A stretch of 63,922 nucleotides of DNA, filler included, from Nanobdellota archaeon (GCA_051819665.1; 3 parts of 3 records of this genome joined end to end with filler, not necessarily neighbours in it); one strand, 5' to 3'. Positions 19,770 through 30,059 are shown, counted from the first letter of the whole stretch. Translations and numbers: made by a program. Notes: generated by a model not told the origin, from the letters alone.

Positions 19770-20182
19770 CAAATCCTCCTGCCTCTTCTGCCGCCTCCCT
19801 TTCTACAGGTGTCGTGAGGCACAGGGGTTACTTCCTCTATTATTCCGATCCTCAATCCCATCCTTGACAGTGCCCTTACAGCAGCCTGCGCACCCGGACC
19901 CGGATTGTTAGGACCATTATGCCCGCCAGGGGCTTTGATCTTAACATGTATGCTGTTTATACCTTTCTCTTTAGACATCTCAGCAGCCTTCTTAGCAGCA
20001 GTCATAGCTGCCGTCGGCGAGCTCTCCATCCTGTGTGATTTCACAACCTGACCGCCGGATGTTCTCGCAATGGACTCTGAACCTGTAACATCCGTAATAT
20101 GGATGACCGTATTATTATATGAAGCAAAAATGTGAGCAACGCCCCACTTGGAATCTCTCCTTGAATCTCGTTTCCTGTCCAT
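19769..20182 (-). CDS. rps11: 30S ribosomal protein S11
   Basis: [24 protein letters not shown] and GGRRGRR. Confidence 0.96.
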   Translation of the reverse strand: MDRKRDSRRDSKWGVAHIFASYNNTVIHITDVTGSESIARTSGGQVVKSHRMESSPTAAMTAAKKAAEMSKEKGINSIHVKIKAPGGHNGPNNPGPGAQAAVRALSRMGLRIGIIEEVTPVPHDTCRKGGGRRGRRI

Positions 20183-20183
20183 T

Positions 20184-20708
20184 TTATTCCTCCTTCTCAA
20201 CGAACCTCTCCGGATGGTTCTCATCCGCTAACGGGGACGACTCAACATACCTGAGCTGGCCCTCCTCATTAAGTGTAACCAGATACGAAGGCGAGGTTAT
20301 TGTCTTCCTTCCCACCATGATGTGTCCATGAGCTATCAACTGTCTCGCCTGCTTGATAGACCTTGCCAGACCTTTCTTATACACGAGCGTCTGAAGTCTT
20401 CTTTCCAGCACCGACCTCAGGTCTATACCAAGTATATCGTCCAGGGCAGCACCGCTCTTGACAAGATTCAATGCCTGTAACCTTTTCACAAGCTCTTCCT
20501 GCTCCTTTTCCGACTGCGGATTAAGGGAAGCGGCGTTCCTCTTCGCCCTCAGGAAAAAACTCTTGAGAAGCGAAGAAGCTTTCCAAAGCTCTTTCTTATT
20601 CTTGAAACCATATTCCCTCTTAAGGGTCTTTTCCTCATCAATGGAACTCTTCATCCATGGATGTCTTGGAGTATCATACTTTTTCCTTGATCTTTTAGGG
20701 TCTCCCAT
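20184..20708 (-). CDS. rps4: 30S ribosomal protein S4
   Basis: MGDPK...YDTPRHPW and LERRLQT. Confidence 0.96.
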   Translation of the reverse strand: MGDPKRSRKKYDTPRHPWMKSSIDEEKTLKREYGFKNKKELWKASSLLKSFFLRAKRNAASLNPQSEKEQEELVKRLQALNLVKSGAALDDILGIDLRSVLERRLQTLVYKKGLARSIKQARQLIAHGHIMVGRKTITSPSYLVTLNEEGQLRYVESSPLADENHPERFVEKEE

Positions 20709-20710
20709 TT

Positions 20711-21148
20711 TTATCTCTTACCTTTTGATCTGGTATTCCTGAAATTAGCTTTTGTCCTCTGACCTCTTGTAGTAAGTCCCCAGGAATGCCTCATACCCCT
20801 GTAAGACTTCATCTTCTTGAGCCTCTTAAGGTCTCCCCCTTCAACAAGAGCGAGGTCTGAGGTCAGCAGATGCTTGTCTTCTCCATCCTCATAATCCTTC
20901 CTCCTGTTCATCATCCAGGAAGGGATATCGTACTTACCAGGAGATTTTATGACATCCTCAAGCTTCTTGAGCTCAGCGTCGGTAAGGGACCCTGCCTTCT
21001 TTGCGGGATCCAGGCCGATCACCATGCATGCAGCATTAGCCAGCATCCTGTCAACTCCTTTTATGCCGGTCATAGCAACACATACATTCTTCTTACCGTC
21101 AAGGTCTGTATTTGCAATCCTTACAATGTATCTTATATCTTCTGCCAT
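20711..21148 (-). CDS. rps13: 30S ribosomal protein S13
   Basis: VRIANTDLDG, NRRKD and YRGMRH..GL..RGQRT. Confidence 0.96.
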   Translation of the reverse strand: MAEDIRYIVRIANTDLDGKKNVCVAMTGIKGVDRMLANAACMVIGLDPAKKAGSLTDAELKKLEDVIKSPGKYDIPSWMMNRRKDYEDGEDKHLLTSDLALVEGGDLKRLKKMKSYRGMRHSWGLTTRGQRTKANFRNTRSKGKR

Positions 21149-21310
21149 TTTATATCATCTTATGAAGCCAGAATAAGTTCTATTCCAGCCCTGTTAATCG
21201 CCAAATGACTCGGACTAACTTTCAAGTGGGTGGACTAGTCTATTTAAAAAGATTTCGGTAGGGTTCCAACAATATTTAAATACTACTTATTAAACCCCTT
21301 CTCCGCAGAT

Positions 21311-21385
21311 GGTGGCAGTGGTGTAACTCGGTTAGCATTAGGGACTGTGGATCCCTCGGTTCGGGTTCAAATCCCGACTGCCGCC
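21311..21385 (+). tRNA. tRNA-His(GTG) with encoded G-1
   Basis: G-GTGGCAG...CTGCCGC-C; anticodon loop CT-GTG-GA; TTTAAATA upstream. Confidence 0.93.
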
Positions 21386-21388
21386 CTT

Positions 21389-21847
21389 CTACTTTCTCAG
21401 AGAGTTCCGATAATCCCTTACCTCGGCTACTATATACGGGACCAAAAAACCCGCTATATAGAATACAGCTATATTAAGAGGATTATGGCTGAAATCCATG
21501 GAGAAATGTTCCGCCACCCTGTTCCCGAGAGAGACCATTATAAGGACATCTATCACCGCTATTGCCGGCACAACCAGGCCCAGGAGAAGGTGATGCCTCC
21601 TCTCGAGATGCTGTAGGTCAAGCACCATATAAGTGAAGACCATGCCCAGCACAAAGCCCGATATAAGGAGGATCGGCCAGACAGTATCGAAGAATATGAG
21701 CAGAGGGACCATCGAGATGGAAGCGAAAAAGCTCACCACGGCAAGCACTATGATGGCTATGGAATAAAATACCCTCTGATGCTCTTTCGGGTATTGATGA
21801 TGCCTCCTCCCTATGAGGGATTCCGGTTTATGATCATAGGATTTCAT
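21389..21847 (-). CDS. Hypothetical 4-TM membrane protein
   Basis: Four hydrophobic segments. Confidence 0.7.
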   Translation of the reverse strand: MKSYDHKPESLIGRRHHQYPKEHQRVFYSIAIIVLAVVSFFASISMVPLLIFFDTVWPILLISGFVLGMVFTYMVLDLQHLERRHHLLLGLVVPAIAVIDVLIMVSLGNRVAEHFSMDFSHNPLNIAVFYIAGFLVPYIVAEVRDYRNSLRK

Positions 21848-21873
21848 TTTCCTACCCTCTTAAGAATTGTCTT

Positions 21874-22557
21874 TTAAATAGATTTCGCAATCTTCATCGA
21901 GATGTTCCTGAATTCCTTCGAAGCATCTGAATCAGGATGGCTTATTGTGATAGGAGAATTAACCTTAGTAGCAAGCGCCTGGTTCTGATCAGCCGGAACT
22001 TCACCAATGACCCTTGTCCCAAGCATAGCTTCTATATTCTCCTTCGTAAGCTCATAAGGCTGTCCTTTATTGTTTATCAACACACCCATTATCTTCTTGC
22101 CGTGCTTCCTTGCAAGATTGACTGACCTGAGAGCATCAGTCACAGAAGTCATATCGGGAGTGGTTATTATAATATAATTATCCACCTTCTTTACACCCTC
22201 TATAAAACCATTATGCGGCTCAGGATCGAGTATGATAACCTCATAATCCTTCAACTGGCCAATAACATCATCGATCCTATCTTTTTTCGTTGTGTGAGAG
22301 CTGAGCCTTGCAGGAATGAAATCTATCCCCGTGAAATGCCTCTTCACTGCCAGGTTTATATCCGCCTTTCCCTCAAGAACATCGTTTATCGTAATTTTCG
22401 GATTATACTCTCCCAGATACATCCCAAGATTTGGAGAATTTATATCCGTATCAATAACAAGGGTGTACCAGCCTAGCTCGCGCAGAGCGAAAGCTATGTT
22501 TATAGCTGCTGTTGTTTTGCCCACTCCACCTTTAGCCGAAAATATACCTAAGATCAT
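21874..22557 (-). CDS. MinD/ParA family ATPase
   Basis: KGGVGKTT, IDTD and ITTPD. Confidence 0.88.
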   Translation of the reverse strand: MILGIFSAKGGVGKTTAAINIAFALRELGWYTLVIDTDINSPNLGMYLGEYNPKITINDVLEGKADINLAVKRHFTGIDFIPARLSSHTTKKDRIDDVIGQLKDYEVIILDPEPHNGFIEGVKKVDNYIIITTPDMTSVTDALRSVNLARKHGKKIMGVLINNKGQPYELTKENIEAMLGTRVIGEVPADQNQALATKVNSPITISHPDSDASKEFRNISMKIAKSI

Positions 22558-23000
22558 TCTGAATAATTATCCTGAACATAATGGAGGAATTCCTTTGTCT
22601 TCTCATAAAACTCAGTCACCTTGCCCGTAGTTATCTCTGTAGGCTTCTCACCTTGATTGGTTATAGTCATGGTGACATTCTTCCTGAACTCGCCACTCCT
22701 TGAAAAATCGGAATTATATATCCTCCTCAGCATCAGATAGAAATCTATATACTCAGAGAGCTTCTCATCATCATAATGCTCCTTAAGTATCTTGACCCTT
22801 AACATCGGCGCGGTAGGCACTTCATAGACCTGATCCTTCACCTCTTCCAGCATCCCGTCGAGAGCTGTCTTGAAACAGTCTATAAGTCTCTTTATTATCC
22901 CTCTTATCACATCCACTGTTCTTGTATATTTAAGACTCACATAGATGAGATGATCTACCCTCTTCAGTTCCTCTACCGCATCAACCATTGTCTCTTTCAT
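22554..23000 (-). CDS. Hypothetical helical (HEPN-like) protein
   Basis: A.EELKRVDHL..V pattern; overlaps both neighbours. Confidence 0.65.
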   Translation of the reverse strand: MKETMVDAVEELKRVDHLIYVSLKYTRTVDVIRGIIKRLIDCFKTALDGMLEEVKDQVYEVPTAPMLRVKILKEHYDDEKLSEYIDFYLMLRRIYNSDFSRSGEFRKNVTMTITNQGEKPTEITTGKVTEFYEKTKEFLHYVQDNYSE

Positions 23001-23425
23001 TTTGACATCACTTCGTCCACAAATTCATCAGCTTTCTTTATGAGACCCTTGACATAATCAGGTGTGAGAGCCTCATTGTTATAATCCTCATCACAGATGA
23101 CAAACTTATCCTCTCTGGGGAATTCCACCGGGCTCTCCTTATGCTTATTTATCAGGTCAATCACTTCATCAAGCAGACTGTCATCTATACCATAATCATC
23201 AACAATCCTGAGCTTGAACATATTCACTTTCGACTGTTCCTGATCATGGTATGGAGGAATCTCCTTCTTTTCCCTCTTCCTCTCCAGTAACCCTGAGACC
23301 GCCTCAATCATCGCAGACCTGACATTATCTATCGCCGACAAAAGTAGCCTCGGATCATTTACCATCGGATAAGTCTGGGTGAGTATATGATCTGCCGTAT
23401 GAAGATATCTTTTGGCCTTATTCAT
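22997..23425 (-). CDS. Hypothetical helical (HEPN-like) protein
   Basis: AKRYLHTADH..TQTYP and SPVEFPR; resembles the downstream neighbour. Confidence 0.65.
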   Translation of the reverse strand: MNKAKRYLHTADHILTQTYPMVNDPRLLLSAIDNVRSAMIEAVSGLLERKREKKEIPPYHDQEQSKVNMFKLRIVDDYGIDDSLLDEVIDLINKHKESPVEFPREDKFVICDEDYNNEALTPDYVKGLIKKADEFVDEVMSK

Positions 23426-23759
23426 TCTGCAGAGACATTACCGCCTGCGCAAGGTCATGGTCGGCTTCTTTTATTGCCTTCTCAGCTTCTTCCCTGCTGA
23501 CTCCGGCCTGATTCATCACGGTCTGGAGATCATCCTCGTTCACTTCAGGAGTTGTATCGTGTTCTCTCTCTTCCGCTTCACCTACAACCTGGAAGGTCTT
23601 CTGACCGCTCATATCCATCCTGGTTACCTGCGGATCAGGTATGACGAGGTCCTTGTCCTCACACCTTATGATCACTTCTTTGGCCTCAATCTCCTGCTGC
23701 TTTATGCCAAGCTTTTTCATGGCCTGCTTCATCTGTTTCTGATTCATTCCCGGTATCAT
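23418..23759 (-). CDS. nac: Nascent polypeptide-associated complex protein
   Basis: MKQAMKKLGI, TFQVVG and UBA tail VMNQAGVSREEA..DLAQA. Confidence 0.92.
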   Translation of the reverse strand: MIPGMNQKQMKQAMKKLGIKQQEIEAKEVIIRCEDKDLVIPDPQVTRMDMSGQKTFQVVGEAEEREHDTTPEVNEDDLQTVMNQAGVSREEAEKAIKEADHDLAQAVMSLQNE

Positions 23760-23935
23760 TGTATCCCCAGCCAAACGTCACCATATGTATGGAGTATTCC
23801 CATTATCAATATCACTATTATCACAAGAACTATTATGAAACCCGGCTTGAAATGTATCTTGCTCTTATATTCATCAAAATACCTTACAAGACCGCCGATT
23901 CCTGATGGAGTTGATACCTTGTTATCCTTTGCCAT
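23756..23935 (-). CDS. Preprotein translocase subunit Sec61beta (59 aa, not in ORF track)
   Basis: MAKDNKVSTPSGIGGLVRYFDEYKSKIHFKP followed by one TM helix. Confidence 0.88.
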   Translation of the reverse strand: MAKDNKVSTPSGIGGLVRYFDEYKSKIHFKPGFIIVLVIIVILIMGILHTYGDVWLGIQ

Positions 23936-24024
23936 ATCCAGAAGGTAGGAATCTAAAATTTAAATATTTATCTGTTCATGCAAGAGTATACGGTGTTAAT
24001 GAAATTCGGAATGGATTCCGAAAA

Positions 24025-24475
24025 TCATTCCTCAACAAGCTCTTTGTATTCTTCCGGAAGATCCTCCTTACTGTAAACCCTCGTTATGGTCTCCTGCCTC
24101 TTACTGCCCATCGTGGTTATCCTGACTGTATCCTCTTTCTCTTCTACATTCGTGGGCTCTTTAAGCTCAGGGAGTTTGTACGGATCATCCTCTCTCTCAA
24201 GAGTTATCTCGGGAGCATTGTTCTCGCCAGTGTCATTATTGGTTGGCTCTGGCTCCTTTTCAGGAATGTTCACATCCCTGACATCCTTAGCTTCATTAGC
24301 TCTCAGCCTGTCCTCGAAAGTTACATCCGCTTTTCCGCTAGCCTTGAGCTCAGGCTTTTCTTCCTTCGGGAAAAGGTCATCCAGGCCGTCCTTTATAGCT
24401 GCCTTGACAGTCTTTTTGCCGTAAGCTTTCTCGTATGCTTCTCTCTCCTTCTTCAACTTCTCAAATTCCTTAGGG
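24025..24475 (-). CDS. Acidic low-complexity hypothetical protein, 5'-truncated by contig end
   Basis: Frame is open to the gap; E/K/P-rich. Confidence 0.55.
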
Positions 24476-24575
24476 NNNNNNNNNNNNNNNNNNNNNNNNN
24501 NNNNNNNNNNNNNNNNNNNTTAATTAATTAANNNNNNNNNNNNNNNNNNNNNNNNNNNNNNNNNNNNNNNNNNNN
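24476..24575. other. Artificial contig spacer N44-TTAATTAATTAA-N44
   Basis: Six-frame stop linker flanked by Ns. Confidence 0.99.
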
Positions 24576-24697
24576 AGGTCAGCTCCTGATCTTAAAGCTC
24601 CCATCGCGGCGAGGAAAGGTGCGCCGGTGTAGTCTTCACTTCCTCCTATTACGAGGATTCTTCCGTTCTCTCCCTTATGACTGGACTTCTTTCTCAT
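24576..24697 (-). CDS. nnrD: N-terminus of nnrD ([20 protein letters not shown]...), continuing at window position 1
   Basis: 24576-24674 is the exact reverse complement of 1-99; ATG at 24697. Confidence 0.93.
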
Positions 24698-24970
24698 ATC
24701 CTTATCTTATAGGTTCTTCTTTTTATTTTTTTGGAAAAAGGTTCGATGAAATAGTTCTGAAACTAAATTGGATATCACCATTGACTTCTTCAGTATTCAG
24801 GCATGTAAGATTCAATCGTCAAAACTTGAGCAGGTGTTCATTTATTCCTGTTTCTAATTTCTATTCACAGTAGAAAGATGTTTCTATTGACAATGGAAGG
24901 GTTGTTGGTTTTTTATTTACGGTCATTTTTTTGGAAAAAGAATAAATATGATCATTCTGTCTTCTTATTT

Positions 24971-25390
24971 ATGTACACACTTGTGCTGTTTGCAAAGGAT
25001 GCAGGAAGCAGGCTCCGTAAGATAGTGGATTCATTAAGTGCGGATCAGGTCATCATAGTATCTTCGGGAAAGGACGCTACTCCTGAGATCGCCGGGAATA
25101 TTGACAATGAAAAAGAGAATGTAGTGTCTTTCTTTCATCCTTATGGCCCTTTCTACAAGGCTTTTTACAGGGCAATTGAGTTAGCGGATCATGACAGGAT
25201 AGTCTGTGTGGATACCAAGAGCATATCATTCATAGATAAGGCTTCAAGGGCAGATATGGTTTTCGGCAGTCTTTCCAACAGTTTCATCAGAAAATCTTTT
25301 CCAAAGAATATCCTGGAAGAGAATAAAGGCAGATTGCCATATTATATTATGTTGAAGGGAATCAGTTCAGGACTCACTTTTTCTTTTTGA
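24971..25390 (+). CDS. Degenerate GT2 glycosyltransferase-like protein
   Basis: TLVLFAKD...VIIVSSG...AIELADHDRIVCVD echoes a GT-A N-terminal fold. Confidence 0.4.
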   Translation: MYTLVLFAKDAGSRLRKIVDSLSADQVIIVSSGKDATPEIAGNIDNEKENVVSFFHPYGPFYKAFYRAIELADHDRIVCVDTKSISFIDKASRADMVFGSLSNSFIRKSFPKNILEENKGRLPYYIMLKGISSGLTFSF

Positions 25391-25553
25391 GCTCTTCCTG
25401 TAGTGTCTCTCTTTCTGTGTTCTTTAAGGCAGTCTTCATGAGGATGTCATTCGATTTCTTTAGCTCATCTATCTTCTTGTCCCTCCTTTTGATCTCCTCA
25501 TAAAAAGTATTCCTTATCTCCTGAACCTCTTCTTCAGTGTATTTTTTCATCAT
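25374..25553 (-). CDS. Small coiled-coil protein (59 aa, not in ORF track)
   Basis: MMKKYTEEEVQEIRNTFYEEIKRRDKKIDELKK...; start overlaps the ThyA-like stop (ATGA). Confidence 0.65.
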   Translation of the reverse strand: MMKKYTEEEVQEIRNTFYEEIKRRDKKIDELKKSNDILMKTALKNTERETLQEELKKKK

Positions 25554-26191
25554 ATCATCTCCTTTATATCGTCAAAATGATGTTCGAATGCGTGTGCGCT
25601 CAATAAGTATAGAGTGATCTTCCCCATACTTATATTTATCCTCTGGGAGACGTATTCCTGTAATAAGTAGATCTGGTATATATTGGCAGGAAGGCCGAAG
25701 AATATGTCGTTGCTCCTTATCACTGCACTGACATTAAGCTTCTCTCCCTTCACTATGAAACTTATGGTCATGATGCTCGGTACTTCCTTATTGAATATGT
25801 TTGAGTCTATCTGCGGGTCCCACAGGTTCACTACTCCTCTCCTGCTCCTGTTATCTCTTGAGAGAAGAGGGATCACAAAATCTTCTATCTGGTTCACGCT
25901 TTCCTGGAAATTGAATATCCTCTGGCCGTATACATATATATGCCCGGGACTGTGTTTCCTTCTCAGAACTATGTTGGCTATCTCATCAATACGTGGGTAC
26001 TCCCATCTTTCATATTTGCTTATCATCTCTATTGGCGTGGTTATGTTCTCTTTCTTCTCGGTTATCTCTATCTTCATATCAAGGACTTCCCTGCATCTCT
26101 TCCCGTTCTTGTCTATGAAGTCGTCTCCTTCGTTCATCACATATCTGATAGCTTCCTTGTACGCGTCCGAGGCTGAATCTTTCTTTATCAT
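25550..26191 (-). CDS. Thymidylate synthase (ThyA)-fold protein, catalytic Cys replaced by Ser
   Basis: YGQRI, NQIE, SRRG...WDP, VPS, RSNDIFFGLPANI and SAH. Confidence 0.85.
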   Translation of the reverse strand: MIKKDSASDAYKEAIRYVMNEGDDFIDKNGKRCREVLDMKIEITEKKENITTPIEMISKYERWEYPRIDEIANIVLRRKHSPGHIYVYGQRIFNFQESVNQIEDFVIPLLSRDNRSRRGVVNLWDPQIDSNIFNKEVPSIMTISFIVKGEKLNVSAVIRSNDIFFGLPANIYQIYLLQEYVSQRINISMGKITLYLLSAHAFEHHFDDIKEMI

Positions 26192-27714
26192 TTTAGGAAA
26201 TTGGTGAGTGTCATGTCGGTGTCCTTCCTCTGTCCGAAATCGTAACAGAAGAACGGGATATTGTATGTTGAAAGGATCATATCGATCTCATGTATGATGT
26301 CTTTTATTGTAAATTCGTTCCTCCTCAAAATCGAGAAGGTCTCTCCTCCGTCGAAGACCGGATTAAGTTCTTCCTGTCTGTATATTATCTCTTTATTTTC
26401 CTGACTGGAGAGGTCATTTATGCTGTTCACCCTTATCTTTGTTATATTGTGTGTTGATCCGAAAGCTATCCTGAAACGCCTGGGCATACCACAGGATTTG
26501 TATATGCTTTCTTCTGTTGTCCCAAAATCTTCTGCGATCTTCTTGCATGTTTTCATAATGGATAACATTGTTTCATGATCAAGTTCGCTCATTACTGGTT
26601 CATAATCGAGGAACCTTATATAATCCCTGCTGAAAGAGAACAGCCTTCTGCTGTCGTTCATGTTGATTATTTTCCTGAATTGGTCGTTGCTCCTGCTTGC
26701 CTGTTCAGAATTAGAGTAGAGAAGGGATTTTGATATGTTCAGTATGAGCTCTTTCAGTTTGTAGCTTTTCGATTCCCTGAAGAATGCAGGGAGGTCTATC
26801 TTTATCGTACTCTGTGAACAGATGATTGATTTCATTCTTCCCTGCATCTCCAGTCTGAAATTGTTCCAGTCGTAAGGCCTGAAAGTGTATGGTCCATCAC
26901 TTCCGAGTATGAAAGGTGCATCATGGGATTTCTGATTCTTTATGTAGAGTTGTCTTTTTCTTTCAGAAAATCTTTTCACAGCATGTTTCATTATCTCTTC
27001 ATGTTCTTTCAGCTCTTCCGGGGAAATGTCGAATATTATGTTGATGTTCTCTATATCCAGTTCAGTGAAAGAATCAAGCATCTTTATCGTTTTTTCAGTA
27101 TTCCTTATGTTTGAGAAGTCTATTATCAGGCTTATCTCCTTACCATAATTGATGCTTTCTTTATCAAGCCTCTCGAGGAACCCTCCTGTATTCTCTTCGA
27201 TCAGGGTTTCGAAGTCGTTTATCCCTATTGCATCATTTACATAAGAGAACATCTCTTTAATGGTCTCTTCAAGCTCGTCAAGGTTCCTGAACATCTTCGA
27301 TTGGAGAATGATTGAATTGATCCTGTTTATAAGGTTTGATTTGTCTCCTTTTTTTATTATACCTTTGTTTTCATAACCTTCTATGGGCATGGCCGGCATA
27401 TGGGATCTGGCTGTGCTCTGGGTGAAAGGATTATCTTCGGTCATAATGAAGCTTTTCCTTCCCTTGCCGCCTTTACTCCCGAGCTTAAGGATCCCTTTTT
27501 CCACTAGCTTGTTGATATAGTAGAGGGTTTTCCGGTGCAGCCTAGCTTTCTCTTTCTTTACCTCGCTCTTTTTCTGGTTGTCATAGAATTCGTCGGCCTT
27601 TTTGAGTTCGGAGAATTTATCTGGGTAAATCGATTCGGCTATCTCGTATGTGGATATCTCTTCCCTTTGCCTTTCTTTGAAAAGCTCGATAATCTTGAGT
27701 TCTTCGTCTTTCAT
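26188..27714 (-). CDS. Hypothetical protein with N-terminal winged HTH
   Basis: EISTYEIA...LHRKTLYYINKLVEKGIL; remainder unrecognised. Confidence 0.7.
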   Translation of the reverse strand: MKDEELKIIELFKERQREEISTYEIAESIYPDKFSELKKADEFYDNQKKSEVKKEKARLHRKTLYYINKLVEKGILKLGSKGGKGRKSFIMTEDNPFTQSTARSHMPAMPIEGYENKGIIKKGDKSNLINRINSIILQSKMFRNLDELEETIKEMFSYVNDAIGINDFETLIEENTGGFLERLDKESINYGKEISLIIDFSNIRNTEKTIKMLDSFTELDIENINIIFDISPEELKEHEEIMKHAVKRFSERKRQLYIKNQKSHDAPFILGSDGPYTFRPYDWNNFRLEMQGRMKSIICSQSTIKIDLPAFFRESKSYKLKELILNISKSLLYSNSEQASRSNDQFRKIINMNDSRRLFSFSRDYIRFLDYEPVMSELDHETMLSIMKTCKKIAEDFGTTEESIYKSCGMPRRFRIAFGSTHNITKIRVNSINDLSSQENKEIIYRQEELNPVFDGGETFSILRRNEFTIKDIIHEIDMILSTYNIPFFCYDFGQRKDTDMTLTNFLK

Positions 27715-27848
27715 CTTTCAGACATATATGATTAAGACCTGGTCATTTATAAATGTTTCAGATATTACTGAAACACCTTGCAGAATTTTCCGAAATAATA
27801 TTTATATTCTATTATTAACATAGTGTATTTCAGGCATTTTGATAAGTC

Positions 27849-28325
27849 GTGGGGGTGTCTATCGTGGAAAAAAACCAGTTTGTTATCTTATCCTCTTTGA
27901 GGGGGAATTCGAGGAAGAATCTGACTAGTATGTCCCGCAAGACGGGTATACCGGTATCAACGATCTTTGACCGGATAAAGGATTATGAGAAGCGGGTGAT
28001 CAAGAGGCACACTTCCCTGCTTGATTTTGACCAGCTTGGTTTTGATGTGATGGTGCATTTCATCCTCAAGGTCAATAGTTCTGCCAGGGAGCCGGTAAGG
28101 GATTTCCTTATGAGGAATTTCAGGGTCAATTCTTTTTTCAGGATAAACAATGGATATGATTTTATGGTAGAGGCAGTTTTCAGTTCTATGATCGACTATC
28201 AGCAGTTTTGTGATAAGCTTGACTCAGCAGGGGTTAAGAAGAAGCATGAGTATTTTGTATTGAAGGAGTTCAAGAGAGAGGATTTCCTGACTTCAAGTGC
28301 AGGTTTCGAGTATGCGGGAGATTAA
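27849..28325 (+). CDS. Lrp/AsnC family transcriptional regulator
   Basis: NSR..LT.MS..TGIPVSTIFDRI...LDFDQLG and INNGYDF; start is GTG and uncertain. Confidence 0.85.
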   Translation: MGVSIVEKNQFVILSSLRGNSRKNLTSMSRKTGIPVSTIFDRIKDYEKRVIKRHTSLLDFDQLGFDVMVHFILKVNSSAREPVRDFLMRNFRVNSFFRINNGYDFMVEAVFSSMIDYQQFCDKLDSAGVKKKHEYFVLKEFKREDFLTSSAGFEYAGD

Positions 28326-28358
28326 TCTTAAATATATCCTATGTTTTATCAGAAAGCT

Positions 28359-30059
28359 ATGAAAAGATTCATGTTTTTTTTATTGGTCCTGCTCCTTGTT
28401 CCTTTGGTCTCTGCAGACCATGGCTCGATGAAGCTTCTTGCAGTGTCAGAGAAGAACGGGAATATCGAGGGCAGCATTGCGAGCCTTGAGCTTGATGTGG
28501 AGAGGGGCCGTGGAAGGGTTTTCATCGATACTTTCCCTTTGACACAGCTTGATACTCAGATCTCTACCAGATTCGCTAAGGAGATAACATGTGATTTCCT
28601 TGACAGGGACTGTGGTTATACAGATTTCTTTTATACTATCAGGAGCAATTCTCCTTTGATAGGCGGCCCGAGTGCAGGTGCTTCCATTGCTGTGCTCACC
28701 GCTTCTGTGATCGAAGGGTTTGAGATCGATCATTCTGTTGCCATTACAGGGACTATCAACAGCGGGGGGATCATCGGCCCTGTAAGTGGTATAAAGGAAA
28801 AGATAGAAGCTGCTCATGAAGAAGGACTGAGGAAAGTTCTTGTGCCTACCAGATATGTCAACGAGGACAATGATACTATAGACCTTATCAATTATGGGGA
28901 GAGACTGGGTATAGAGGTTGTTGAGGTCAACACCCTGAATCAGGCAATCTATGAGTTTACCGGGAAGATATATGATGAGAAGGATGGCGAGGTGAAAGCT
29001 TCGGACGTATATGATAAGACAATGAGCAACATAGTCGATAATATGTGCTCAAGGACAGCGGAGTTAAAGGTTGAGAATGTCTCTCAGGCGGAGAATCTGA
29101 CGGAAAGGGCTATGAAGGCTCTTGATAAAGGTAAGTCTTATTCTGCTGCAAGCCTATGTTTCGGGGCTAATATACGTTACAGGTATAATGCGCTCAGGAG
29201 GGATAATCTTACATCCGGAGATATCAAAGAAAAATTAACTGAAGTGAGAAAGGACCTTGATGATGCATACAGTTCTCTTGCAGAGAGGGATATAGAAACG
29301 ATCCTTGATCTGCAGGCCCAGATGATAGTCAGGGAAAGGCTTATAGGTACAAAGGAGAAGCTTGACGTGACTTCTGATCTCCTCTCACAGAACAGGACAG
29401 ATGATGCTCTCTATAACCTCGCTTATTCTGGCGAAAGGCTTAAGAGCTCAGAATATTGGTCTGAGTTTTTTGATAAGGGAGGAAAGAAAGTTGGTGAGGC
29501 AGATCTTCGAGAGTCCTGTGTGAAGAAGATAGGTGAGGCAAGGGAGAGGATAGAGTATGTGAAGTATTTTATGCCGTCTCTGGAAAGGTCTTATGGTGAC
29601 AGGCTGGCTTATGCGAGAGAAGATCTCTCCAGTGGTGATTACTCTCTCTGTCTTTTCAAGGCGAGTAAGACGAAAGCGGAAGTAGATGTGGTCATAAATG
29701 CATTGGGTCTAAGAGAGGGGGATACTAACAGTTTGATAGACAGCAAGCTGGACATAGCCGGAGGTATGATCATCGACCAGCAGAAAAAAGGAAGTTTCCC
29801 TCTCCTTGGTTATAGTTATTATGAATATGCAAAATATCTGAAAGAACAGGATCCTTCCTCTGCACTTCTCTATTCAGAATATGCGGTAGAGCTCTCCCAG
29901 CTTGATATGTACTTCGGCCGGGAGGGAAAGCCCTATTTCGTTATCAATAAAGAACTCATTCTACACTTCATCCTCGGAATACTATCAGGCCTTGGAATAG
30001 GTTTCCTTTTTCATCGTTATAGTAAGAGAAAGGGGAAAAACCCTAGGAAGGTTCCGTAA
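28359..30059 (+). CDS. Exported S16 (Lon-like) serine protease
   Basis: Signal peptide, GGPSAG, TGTI..GG.IGPV.GIKEKIEAA (Ser-Lys dyad) and a C-terminal TM. Confidence 0.88.
   Translation: MKRFMFFLLVLLLVPLVSADHGSMKLLAVSEKNGNIEGSIASLELDVERGRGRVFIDTFPLTQLDTQISTRFAKEITCDFLDRDCGYTDFFYTIRSNSPLIGGPSAGASIAVLTASVIEGFEIDHSVAITGTINSGGIIGPVSGIKEKIEAAHEEGLRKVLVPTRYVNEDNDTIDLINYGERLGIEVVEVNTLNQAIYEFTGKIYDEKDGEVKASDVYDKTMSNIVDNMCSRTAELKVENVSQAENLTERAMKALDKGKSYSAASLCFGANIRYRYNALRRDNLTSGDIKEKLTEVRKDLDDAYSSLAERDIETILDLQAQMIVRERLIGTKEKLDVTSDLLSQNRTDDALYNLAYSGERLKSSEYWSEFFDKGGKKVGEADLRESCVKKIGEARERIEYVKYFMPSLERSYGDRLAYAREDLSSGDYSLCLFKASKTKAEVDVVINALGLREGDTNSLIDSKLDIAGGMIIDQQKKGSFPLLGYSYYEYAKYLKEQDPSSALLYSEYAVELSQLDMYFGREGKPYFVINKELILHFILGILSGLGIGFLFHRYSKRKGKNPRKVP

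Noticed and set aside
24476..24575. TTAATTAATTAA palindrome within Ns (also 44652-44751) and ORFs ending 'XXXLIN'
   Set aside because: Artificial concatenation linker. Adjacency across it has no biological meaning.
24576..24674. 99-bp inverted repeat with positions 1-99 as terminal repeats of a mobile or invertible element
   Set aside because: It is coding sequence at two contig ends with the length of an assembly k-mer, and no recombinase is present.
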